From IMG/VR virus record IMGVR_UViG_3300001242_000018, positions 62,001 through 126,000 of that record: a DNA stretch of 64,000 nt; one strand, 5' to 3'. A model generated the notes under the pieces. That model was not told where the DNA came from, made no database searches, and worked only from the letters and a program-made list of their open reading frames with translations. A program made the position numbers and the translations under genes. Below, piece after piece: positions 56,055 to 64,000 of this stretch (position 1 is its first letter; every line of letters starts with the position of its first letter). This stretch comes from an uncultured virus (IMG/VR IMGVR_UViG_3300001242_000018) (Duplodnaviria; Heunggongvirae; Uroviricota; Caudoviricetes).

Positions 56055-56849
56055 TTATACACGAGGTTCTGTACCGACTCCCCAACTCCATATTCTTTCC
56101 GACTTCGATTCTAATATATTACCTTGCTGTATTAATGGAGATCTCTCTACGTAAATTTCATCGTTAATATCATTACTAATATCTGTAGATATGTACTTAG
56201 CTATATCAACAGCTAGTTTCTTATCACGACACGTCCAAGTTCTTACTAGTGTAGTACCGGATAAGTGAATAACAACATACGATTTATTAATATCAAGAAT
56301 ATGATCGATAACCTTAATCATATCGTTATAGTAATTTAATAAAACTTCGTACAACTCGGACGGATTACGGGCTATAGTTTGCCAAGCTTTCCGGATATCT
56401 TTAAGAGCTACAATACTACAAGGTAAACCATCGTAACTCGTGTCGTTACTAACGATTATTGTTATTGTACTCGCATCTTCATACGAAGGTTCGATTACTG
56501 TATGCATCCTTATACCAATATAATTCTTTATAACACACTGAGTTAATGGATAAAAGAAGTTCCAAAGTTTTGATTGGATACCTAGGAGTCCCTCTTCGTC
56601 GTTATCGAATGGGCCACCGCTATAAACATCGCTATCAAGAAAAGGGTCTAAGAAGTCTTTATAATAGGCATAAAAAGCTTCTATAAGTTCGTCTGGAACA
56701 TTGCAATTTTTAGCTGTATCTTTGACCTTTTGTGAATGCTGGTCATCTTCAAGTTCGATTATTTTCCCATCACTTTTAAAGTGTTCTAATTGAGCTAATA
56801 ATAGCTCTTTACCTGTCAATTCTATTACCTCCCTTGGTAAGTATTCCAT
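56055..56849 (-). CDS. Hypothetical protein
   Basis: 264-aa ORF. Confidence 0.5.
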   Translation of the reverse strand: MEYLPREVIELTGKELLLAQLEHFKSDGKIIELEDDQHSQKVKDTAKNCNVPDELIEAFYAYYKDFLDPFLDSDVYSGGPFDNDEEGLLGIQSKLWNFFYPLTQCVIKNYIGIRMHTVIEPSYEDASTITIIVSNDTSYDGLPCSIVALKDIRKAWQTIARNPSELYEVLLNYYNDMIKVIDHILDINKSYVVIHLSGTTLVRTWTCRDKKLAVDIAKYISTDISNDINDEIYVERSPLIQQGNILESKSERIWSWGVGTEPRV

Positions 56850-56895
56850 AAAGGTATTAATATGAAATTGTAGAATTACAAAATGGGGTGATATT

Positions 56896-57414
56896 ATGTC
56901 AAAAGTTCATGACTTTCAGAACTGGAAAGTCTCTAAAGAAATATACGCAAGACTTGATATAATGAAAAATATAGACATGATTATGTTTAGAATGTCATAT
57001 AATCTTTCGCAAGCAAAAGCAGCTCGAATGGCTAATATACATCACATTGTCTGGATGAATATAGAGAATAAGAAAGTTATTCCAACTATAAACGAAGCTG
57101 GTAAGATTGCCTTCCTCCTTGGCAAACCTGTATTTAAGTTATTTCCCCAGACAAGACATGATACTATTCGATCGTTACCGTTACGTAGCTTTTCTAAACT
57201 TGCATTAATACGTTGTATATATGGAATCTCTCAGATTAAACTAGCTAAAAGAGCTGAAGTTCCCTTTGAGATTATTCAGAGATTAGAGCGCGAATGGAAA
57301 GTCTTTTCCGACATTCCAGAAGAAAAACGTATATTAGTACAAAAGGTTGCAGATTATTTAAACGAAGATATTATTAATATTATTGGTGAAGGTATTATAA
57401 AGGAGGGCAATTAA
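56896..57414 (+). CDS. Tandem XRE-HTH regulator
   Basis: 'LSQAKAARMANI...IENKK..PT...A.KIA..LG.PV..LF' and 'GISQIKLAKRAEV...IQRLER'. Confidence 0.7.
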   Translation: MSKVHDFQNWKVSKEIYARLDIMKNIDMIMFRMSYNLSQAKAARMANIHHIVWMNIENKKVIPTINEAGKIAFLLGKPVFKLFPQTRHDTIRSLPLRSFSKLALIRCIYGISQIKLAKRAEVPFEIIQRLEREWKVFSDIPEEKRILVQKVADYLNEDIINIIGEGIIKEGN

Positions 57415-57423
57415 TTACCCTCC
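57401..57423. terminator. Hairpin between convergent genes
   Basis: GGAGGG-CAATTAATTA-CCCTCC. Confidence 0.4.
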
Positions 57424-57430
57424 AAGTACA

Positions 57431-57718
57431 TTAATTAAGGACTTCCAAACGTTCCTTTATTGGCGCTGTCATGTAAGCTCTAGTCCTCATACAATCAAGT
57501 ATCTTTAAAGAAGTGTACTCAGGTTTACCAGCACAGAAACCGTCGAGCTTTACTTTACACATATCACACTTTAAATCAATAGACCTTGGCTTAGCGGAGC
57601 CGAAGTTCTCCAGTAACATATCACCTAATGATCGTCTCGGTTGTTCTACCTGGGTAACTTGCTCCTTGGATTGTTCTTTACTCTTCTTTCGTTTCTTTCG
57701 AGTTTTTGATACCGGCAT
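57431..57718 (-). CDS. Hypothetical basic Cys-containing protein
   Basis: GGAGG SD. Confidence 0.5.
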   Translation of the reverse strand: MPVSKTRKKRKKSKEQSKEQVTQVEQPRRSLGDMLLENFGSAKPRSIDLKCDMCKVKLDGFCAGKPEYTSLKILDCMRTRAYMTAPIKERLEVLN

Positions 57719-58130
57719 TGTGTACCTCCCGTAAACGTAGTTTGTTCTTGTAATCCTCTATCGGTACAATGATATCTATATCAAAGTCCTTACTGTTAGA
57801 GTCGGATGCGGATGAAATTATTGGTGTAGCTACAGCGGTATTACCAAATATCTTAGACACAATCTGCATAGCGTTTATAAACCACTCATCTAAATGACAT
57901 AGTGGTTTATCTTTGCCACAAATATCGTCCGGATCCCAATCATAAATCTCGTCACCATTGATATATACCATAAGGTTTATAACCTCTGAATCATAGTCTA
58001 CTATAAGATCTACATCTATTCCAGTTTGCTCTTTAATGTAGCTCTCAAGTAAACTTTTAAGTTCCGCATCAGTAAAGGTATATATAACTCCGGCAGGCGC
58101 CGGAAGAGGTAACTTGGTTGATTCATTCAT
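57678..58130 (-). CDS. Hypothetical acidic protein
   Basis: Coupled to the primase stop codon. Confidence 0.5.
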   Translation of the reverse strand: MNESTKLPLPAPAGVIYTFTDAELKSLLESYIKEQTGIDVDLIVDYDSEVINLMVYINGDEIYDWDPDDICGKDKPLCHLDEWFINAMQIVSKIFGNTAVATPIISSASDSNSKDFDIDIIVPIEDYKNKLRLREVHNAGIKNSKETKEE

Positions 58131-59428
58131 TTTATCATCTCCTTATGTGTATCTAAGCTGTTCAATAACCCTAATAGATTATTAGACGCTACACCAAATA
58201 TACTAGCTACCTTCTCCATATAGAGTACTAATTCTCCAGACCGTCTGATAGCCTTTAGGAGTAGTATTAGCTTATCAAGACATTCTGTACGCATCATATC
58301 AAGCATGTCGGGATTAGTCCATCCTGCAGCTAAATCTATATCTTGTTTGTATTTCTGAATAATACCCAACAGAGCTGGTATAGACTGGTTTTGTATTATA
58401 TATCTTACCTCGTCCGGTGTCTTACCGAACATAATCTCGTCTGGATCTTTTCCTGGCGTTTGAACCCAGATAACCTTAAAGCCCTTTTCCAATAGCTTCG
58501 GTAAGGACTTCTCTACTATAGCCGTACCTGCAATATCACCGTCTGGCCAGAGGTAAAGTGTATCAGTTTCTTTTCTTAAGATATTCATCTGCTCGTCTGT
58601 AAATTGACTACCCATTATACCTACGGTATTCGTTAAGGTATGGTAATGGGCTGACAATACATCCATATATCCTTCCATTACTATAGCACTTCTACATTTT
58701 CTTATGTGCTTATAAGCGTATGGGAAGTAGTATAACGTATTGCTTTTACTAAACGCTGTCGAACCACTATCGTTAATCCATTTAGGAGAGCGACCGTCTG
58801 GATGTCTATAAGCCATCCCAATTGTGCGCGGATTCTTTACCTTACTCATCTCTGGTATACCGATACAAAACCGGCCCCGGGCCACCTCCCAATAATAATT
58901 CTCTGGGACTAGACCTAATCTTGCATTTGTCTGTAGCCAATTAGCATCGATCCCTCTTTCCCTGGCTATCTGCTGAGCAAGTTCGTAGTTATTACTCCAG
59001 AGGTTTATATAGAATTCCCGGTTAGTATTGGTTACCTGATTTATCTTACCGGATAAATTCCCGTCTTCGTTTCTGGCTAAACTAAACGGAATTCCAGCCC
59101 GCTCTGCCAAGTGACGGCAAGCGTCGATATAACCTAACCCTTCCATCTCCATGATAAATGCTATCACATCAGAACCAGCATTACCATCTTCTTTATTTCC
59201 TTTACAACAGGAGTAGCAATAAAAACTCTGATTCTCATAGATAGTAAAACTAGGGTCAGATTCAAAGTGTGGCTCGTTATCGGTACCGCCATGGGGGAAT
59301 GGACAAAGACCAACCCATAAATTACCCTGTCTGATAAGCTGCATATATTCGCTGATTACGTCGACAATATCATTCTTAGCTTTGATCTCTTTCTTTAACG
59401 CTTCCGGTACTATAGCGATTCTTACCAC
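58127..59428 (-). CDS. dnaG: DnaG-type DNA primase
   Basis: CHC2 zinc finger 'GLCPF.H...PSF.....FYCYSC', 'PKWIN', Toprim 'MEGYMDV', 'PDGDIAG', 'GKDPDE'. Confidence 0.92.
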   Translation of the reverse strand: MVRIAIVPEALKKEIKAKNDIVDVISEYMQLIRQGNLWVGLCPFPHGGTDNEPHFESDPSFTIYENQSFYCYSCCKGNKEDGNAGSDVIAFIMEMEGLGYIDACRHLAERAGIPFSLARNEDGNLSGKINQVTNTNREFYINLWSNNYELAQQIARERGIDANWLQTNARLGLVPENYYWEVARGRFCIGIPEMSKVKNPRTIGMAYRHPDGRSPKWINDSGSTAFSKSNTLYYFPYAYKHIRKCRSAIVMEGYMDVLSAHYHTLTNTVGIMGSQFTDEQMNILRKETDTLYLWPDGDIAGTAIVEKSLPKLLEKGFKVIWVQTPGKDPDEIMFGKTPDEVRYIIQNQSIPALLGIIQKYKQDIDLAAGWTNPDMLDMMRTECLDKLILLLKAIRRSGELVLYMEKVASIFGVASNNLLGLLNSLDTHKEMIK

Positions 59429-59738
59429 CTCCCAAGGGGATCCTATCTATCTCTATCGAACCACATGCTAAGCACCTAGTAATTACTTCGTCAGATATAG
59501 TACTATCATAAGAGTATTCAATCGGTTCATATTTACCGGTAATCTTATGACCACCATTATCTTTCATATTACAAATTTTAAGTCTTAGTTTTACTACAAC
59601 CTCGCCTTCGAATGGGCCTTTCTCCCCGGTATTACCACACCTTTTGCAACACAGAATCTCGTAACGTTTGTCTATTGGGCCTGACAAAGGCTCAGGAATT
59701 CCTGAGCCTTTAATTAATCGTAAGTTTAGTTTACTCAT
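59376..59738 (-). CDS. Zinc-ribbon hypothetical protein
   Basis: 'CKRCGN' and 'CLACGS'. Confidence 0.5.
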   Translation of the reverse strand: MSKLNLRLIKGSGIPEPLSGPIDKRYEILCCKRCGNTGEKGPFEGEVVVKLRLKICNMKDNGGHKITGKYEPIEYSYDSTISDEVITRCLACGSIEIDRIPLGGGKNRYSTGSVKERDQS

Positions 59739-59741
59739 TTG

Positions 59742-60146
59742 TTATAAATTCCGGTATTTTTTGATAGCCTCGATTGAAGGTACATTCTCGGGTGAGAATA
59801 CCTTACCGGCCGGAGCACCGCAATCCTCACAAACTAAGGGTGGTTTAGCATCTTGTATCAAGCCTTTAGTATTAGACATCTTTAAGGCTGTGTGCATGTT
59901 TACATTCTGAATAATCTCTCCACCACACATACATAATCCTTCTCTTTCTAAGAAGGTAAAGGGCAATGGATCTTTGAAGCACTTCTCCCAGTTATCAGCG
60001 GTATCTTTATTATCACAGACAGGACACTCAATTTCTTCATGTCCTTTCATGGGAGGGTAGACATTCATAGGTTCTATTGTAAAGGTATCAGAACCTATCT
60101 TGATGTATAAGCCTTGCCTACAATCTTCATTTGTACATCTATACAT
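59742..60146 (-). CDS. Multi-zinc-ribbon hypothetical protein
   Basis: Start MYRCTNEDC after AAGGAGG; four Cys pairs. Confidence 0.55.
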   Translation of the reverse strand: MYRCTNEDCRQGLYIKIGSDTFTIEPMNVYPPMKGHEEIECPVCDNKDTADNWEKCFKDPLPFTFLEREGLCMCGGEIIQNVNMHTALKMSNTKGLIQDAKPPLVCEDCGAPAGKVFSPENVPSIEAIKKYRNL

Positions 60147-60423
60147 CTTTAATCCCTCCTTCGATAATGAATTTGGTAGTAACCGGAGGCAAATAGTAAT
60201 AAGCAGTTTTACCACTAGGAGACTGTACTTTAATTAAGTACCTATCGGATACTTGGTTAACGTTTTGAGCTTTAGTCCTAAAAGTATCCAGTTTATTGTC
60301 GGCTATAACCTTTTCGACAGATACTCTTTTAGGTACTATTACAAGTACAATACCCGTCTTTTTAGTAGTACTACCACCTGTCTGACTTGTCCAACTTACT
60401 ACCTTACCAATAAGATCGCTCAT
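60139..60423 (-). CDS. Hypothetical phage protein
   Basis: 'GKVVSWTSQTGG..K.G.V..IVP' SH3-like pattern. Confidence 0.5.
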   Translation of the reverse strand: MSDLIGKVVSWTSQTGGSTTKKTGIVLVIVPKRVSVEKVIADNKLDTFRTKAQNVNQVSDRYLIKVQSPSGKTAYYYLPPVTTKFIIEGGIKDV

Positions 60424-60427
60424 ATTC

Positions 60428-61162
60428 TCACCTGCCTAGTTTGTATGTTATAACCTTACCCGGATAGATCTTGCTCGGGTCTGGTATTGGAAATGGTGTA
60501 TTAACACACTGTGTAGAGTATACAATACCTTTTGGTAACTCTATAAGTGATAACCATCCGCCAATGTCAGCCCCTGTATTGATACACATCTTACCTTTAA
60601 ACATCCAAGGTCGGTGTTGTTTATCCCCTCTTAAATGTATAGCTTCGTTATGACCGAATATTACAAGTTTAGGGATACCTGTCTCCTTATATAAGAAGTT
60701 GTTCGTACCCCAAACAAATTCCTCTGTTTGTTCGTTTAATGGCTTACTTACATCAAAGCCGGCATGACAGAAGAAATAATGTTCTAGCTCGAAAGTTAAT
60801 GGCATATTAAGTAACCAATCACAATCTTCGGCAAGTTTATTAAGAGCATCTATTCCAAACTGATCAACATATGAACGTACTGTGGAACTTCCACCGTAGT
60901 TCTTAAAGTAGATGGTTTCCTCAAGAGTCCCTGTTGAATATGCATGTGCAGCTACTTCATGATTTCCTATCAGAATCTTAGCTCCCTCTTTTTCTAATTC
61001 ACGGGCAAACTGTACCGTTTTATACGAATCCGGCCCTCTGTCGATAAGATCTCCAAGAACAATTAGAAGATCGTTTCTTGGGTTGTATCCTGCCTTTTCT
61101 AATAGTAGCTTCCAAGCGTACCAATGACCATGTATATCTGCACAAGCAAATACTCTCTTCAT
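60428..61162 (-). CDS. PPP-family Ser/Thr phosphatase (metallophosphoesterase)
   Basis: 'ADIHG', 'LGDLIDRGPDS', 'GNHE', 'CHAG', 'IFGH'. Confidence 0.9.
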   Translation of the reverse strand: MKRVFACADIHGHWYAWKLLLEKAGYNPRNDLLIVLGDLIDRGPDSYKTVQFARELEKEGAKILIGNHEVAAHAYSTGTLEETIYFKNYGGSSTVRSYVDQFGIDALNKLAEDCDWLLNMPLTFELEHYFFCHAGFDVSKPLNEQTEEFVWGTNNFLYKETGIPKLVIFGHNEAIHLRGDKQHRPWMFKGKMCINTGADIGGWLSLIELPKGIVYSTQCVNTPFPIPDPSKIYPGKVITYKLGR

Positions 61163-61731
61163 TAAACCACCTCGTAGTACCATCGTTTCATTTTGTGCTT
61201 TATTCTCTGCATAGTATTGTCTACAGAACGATAAGATCTACACAACTTCTCACCTATATCATTTATACCCATGCCCTGAATCATACATAGAGCTACCTGA
61301 TACTCTAGGTCTGATAGTAAAACCTTGAGTCGTCTATTGAATATCTTATCTTCTTCAGCTGTCAATACGACCTGTTCCGGTTCTACGCTACCTTCGTAGG
61401 TGTCTATACCTTCTACATCATACATACTAATCGCATCATTTAAGGGTTTATATTTATTGCGATTAGAATGTCTGATAGTTTCATAGATCTGTCTACGCAT
61501 AACCATTTTGCTAAACATGACGAAGTTATAGCCAGGTCGGTAATTCTCTATTGCTTTTACGAAACCGACTCTGGCTTCTTGAACTATATCTTCATTGGTG
61601 CCACCTGCTATGAAATAGGATTTTGCCACGGAACATATTAAATTGTTGTATTTAGTAAGAAGCCATTCCTGTGCATAAAGATCCTCTTTAGCAAGCACGG
61701 CTACAGATTCGATAGGAACCTGTGAATACAC
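61162..61731 (-). CDS. sigH: SigH (Spo0H)-like sigma factor
   Basis: 'AKSYFIAGG..EDIVQEA..G..KAI..Y...F..F......RQI...I...NRNK..PLN..IS' and 'LS.LE..V....QG....I...L.R...SVDN..QR.K.K'. Confidence 0.8.
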   Translation of the reverse strand: MYSQVPIESVAVLAKEDLYAQEWLLTKYNNLICSVAKSYFIAGGTNEDIVQEARVGFVKAIENYRPGYNFVMFSKMVMRRQIYETIRHSNRNKYKPLNDAISMYDVEGIDTYEGSVEPEQVVLTAEEDKIFNRRLKVLLSDLEYQVALCMIQGMGINDIGEKLCRSYRSVDNTMQRIKHKMKRWYYEVV

Positions 61732-61884
61732 TGATTAAATAACAGTATCCTCTGTACTAATTTGTAACAATTAACTCCACTCCTTTAACAGTAACTTAAC
61801 AGTAAGTTTACGATATCGGTATGTAAAACGTACATTTAGCTAAGACGAATCATTGATAGGTTTCACTTACATACCACCTCCTCG

Positions 61885-62118
61885 TCACAGTATTTTCTCA
61901 CATCTATCCTCTGTTATGCATAATAGAGGCCCCTCTGAATCGTTACACAAATATAAAGAACGGGATAAACTACGTGTATTCTCCCATTTTCCACCAAGAT
62001 AACGGGCCGCACTCAACTCTTCCCCGACGCGAAAGCGAACAACTACTCTACCATTAGGAGGTGTCTTGAATTTACGTTGCCATGTACAATTGTTAAATAC
62101 CATTGCTAAGTTTATCAC
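61885..62118 (-). CDS. Hypothetical protein
   Basis: 77-aa ORF. Confidence 0.35.
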   Translation of the reverse strand: MINLAMVFNNCTWQRKFKTPPNGRVVVRFRVGEELSAARYLGGKWENTRSLSRSLYLCNDSEGPLLCITEDRCEKIL

Positions 62119-62245
62119 AATAACTACTTTCCTTTCCTATGTAATAAATTATAGAATGAAACTATTGATACACCTTTCATTAAACCAAAGACGTAAGTAA
62201 TTATGATAATCCATACATGAAAGGCATTGTTTTCCATAACTATCC

Positions 62246-62530
62246 CTACCTCCTAAATATCATAGTAGTCTCATCATACAAAGGATGACCGTTATCATCA
62301 TATACTTTGTTAGTATTGGCCAATTTTCCTAAGAGAAGTTCATCTCTGATGTATTCCTTTACAGCCCAATCTCCATTCGAATGGCGTACATGAAATTGTC
62401 GGCCGTCGACCTCGATAAGTTTAAATGGAAACCATGCGTCACCCACATCGTGAACCCGACCTTTCTTACCATTGTTGAAGATTACATTAAGAGTTCCACG
62501 AATTGTCTTACCCTCTATAATAACAGCCAT
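62246..62530 (-). CDS. Hypothetical protein
   Basis: AAGGAGGA SD. Confidence 0.55.
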   Translation of the reverse strand: MAVIIEGKTIRGTLNVIFNNGKKGRVHDVGDAWFPFKLIEVDGRQFHVRHSNGDWAVKEYIRDELLLGKLANTNKVYDDNGHPLYDETTMIFRR

Positions 62531-62541
62531 GTAATTCCTCC

Positions 62542-63267
62542 TTACAACTTGGAGTACGCCAACAGTAGATCGTTATAAACATCTATATTGACTGTGGTAA
62601 AATCAGCACCGGTCTTACGGAGTACATACGCCGGATGATATATTGGCATAACATTGTACTCTATATTATTCTGCCAATAAGAGCATAAAAGGCCGCGAAT
62701 TTGTGTAATCTTAAGGTTCTTGCCAGGAAGGAGCGCATTTAAAGCTACACCACCTACAGCTACAATAATCTTAGGATTAACCATTCTGATTTCTTCTTCC
62801 AGATACCTTTTTATACATGTAGTACACTCGTCTGTAGAGGGTGTTCGGTTATTAAGTGGACGACACTTTAATACATTTGTAATATAGACCTGCTCTCGTC
62901 TTAATGGCATTTTTTCAAGCCACATGGTTAAGGCAGCTCCAGCAATACCTGTAAATGGTAAGTTAAACATATCTTCATGCTCTCCCGGGCCCTCTCCGAT
63001 AAACATGATAGGCGAACTAGGATTGCCGTATCCGTATACCATACCAGTACCATATTCTTTAGAGATGTGACAATAATCGCATCTTTGTTTAAGAGCAGCG
63101 TGTCCACTTATTAAAGAGTGTTTCATTAAGGCTCCTACCTTATGGACACCTATAGATACCGAAGCCTGACTGTAACCATTCTTAAGTAGTCTTTGACTAA
63201 AGTTATCTGTAAGATTCTTTATCAAGTCGATATTCACTACTGATTGGTCGCTTGCTGTATTGACCAT
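62542..63267 (-). CDS. Uracil-DNA glycosylase family 4 (SPO1 DNA polymerase-related)
   Basis: 'C..C......V.G.G.....IMFIGEGPG..ED....PF.G.AG', 'YITNVLKCRP.NNRTP..E...C', 'YHPAYVLR'. Confidence 0.92.
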   Translation of the reverse strand: MVNTASDQSVVNIDLIKNLTDNFSQRLLKNGYSQASVSIGVHKVGALMKHSLISGHAALKQRCDYCHISKEYGTGMVYGYGNPSSPIMFIGEGPGEHEDMFNLPFTGIAGAALTMWLEKMPLRREQVYITNVLKCRPLNNRTPSTDECTTCIKRYLEEEIRMVNPKIIVAVGGVALNALLPGKNLKITQIRGLLCSYWQNNIEYNVMPIYHPAYVLRKTGADFTTVNIDVYNDLLLAYSKL

Positions 63268-64000
63268 TCTTTTAGTCCTCCTCTTAAGTTAATGTTTCTA
63301 CACTGCTTACAGTCACTCCAGGTAGCTCGATTACCGATCTTCTTTTCAAATACTTCCGCAAATCTCTTATATCTTTCTAAATAATCTGCAAAATCACGTA
63401 CCTCATTTATATTTGCGACAACCCCGCCACCGCCATAACAACAGGGGCCAATATCGCCATTCCAATGAACTGTGAAAATTAGTTCATTTTGTTCAATATC
63501 TTGGACACCTCGTGATATAGAGCAAGTAGCATTTTCACTAAAATCGCTATTAAATACTCCGGTTTTTGCCGCACGTCCAATAGGTAAAGCGACATTATGT
63601 GGCTTAAGTAATCGATTTAGATGGCTAATACCCTCACCATGTAATTCTGAATCTATAAAAATACCGTAAGGATTATCTTCAAACCAGTATAGTACCTCTT
63701 CAAATCCGAATTTCTCAACCAGTTTCTCGTCTTCATATGGGTAATTTAAGAGTTCAGCAAGGTTTCGTAACAGAGTTTCCATATGTTTTGACCTGTACTT
63801 TTGATGCCAGATTGTATTACTAATTCGCATACTAAATAGTTCCTGATAAGTTTCCATGAGTTTAACAACAAGTTCGAGTCTATCTTTCTTTAATACAAAA
63901 GAACCATTTGTACTAATAAAGATCATGGTATTATAATCTTTTACCCTTCTACAGAGAATCTCGATTGCACGGTCTAGTACTTTGGGTACTAAGAAAGGTT
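63237..64000 (-). CDS. Radical SAM/SPASM protein, 5' end outside the window
   Basis: Frame is open to the edge: '..PFLVPKVL...IFISTNGS', 'IGRA', 'C...V.WNG.I.PCC', 'CKQC'. Confidence 0.75.
   Translation of the reverse strand, partial: PFLVPKVLDRAIEILCRRVKDYNTMIFISTNGSFVLKKDRLELVVKLMETYQELFSMRISNTIWHQKYRSKHMETLLRNLAELLNYPYEDEKLVEKFGFEEVLYWFEDNPYGIFIDSELHGEGISHLNRLLKPHNVALPIGRAAKTGVFNSDFSENATCSISRGVQDIEQNELIFTVHWNGDIGPCCYGGGGVVANINEVRDFADYLERYKRFAEVFEKKIGNRATWSDCKQCRNINLRGGLKEWSIQQATNQ

Overview
An AT-rich segment of a large phage or phage-plasmid, probably of a spore-forming Firmicute (long GGAGG/GGAGGTG Shine-Dalgarno sites, sigma-A promoters, a SigH-like sigma factor). It uses the standard genetic code. 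From left to right: (1) 1-28.7 kb, + strand: virion/tail-baseplate block with a 3482-aa Ig/FN3 giant protein, four paralogous structural genes and a holin. (2) 28.7-38.6 kb, + strand: replication/recombination block (Rad52-like protein, AEP primase-like protein, DnaB-like helicase, PD-(D/E)XK protein, RuvC, sigma factor, DUF559 nuclease) followed by IPT/FN3 proteins. (3) 38.6-43.6 kb, + strand: a terminator-bounded module with sporulation-sigma-like promoters, small membrane proteins (one SpoIIIAC-like), a VirD4/TraG-like ATPase and a replication-relaxation protein. (4) 43.6-64 kb, mostly - strand: Dam methylase, a 3.3-kb tRNA array, an Acb2/Tad1-like protein, intein-containing NrdD, DnaG, a PPP phosphatase, SigH-like sigma, UDG and a radical SAM gene cut by the window edge. 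The two best novelty candidates are the structured non-tRNA RNAs between the tRNAs (two families each present twice with covarying stems, plus two singletons) and the conjugation-like ATPase/relaxase module that may act during sporulation. All family assignments come from motif recognition by eye; no database searches were run.
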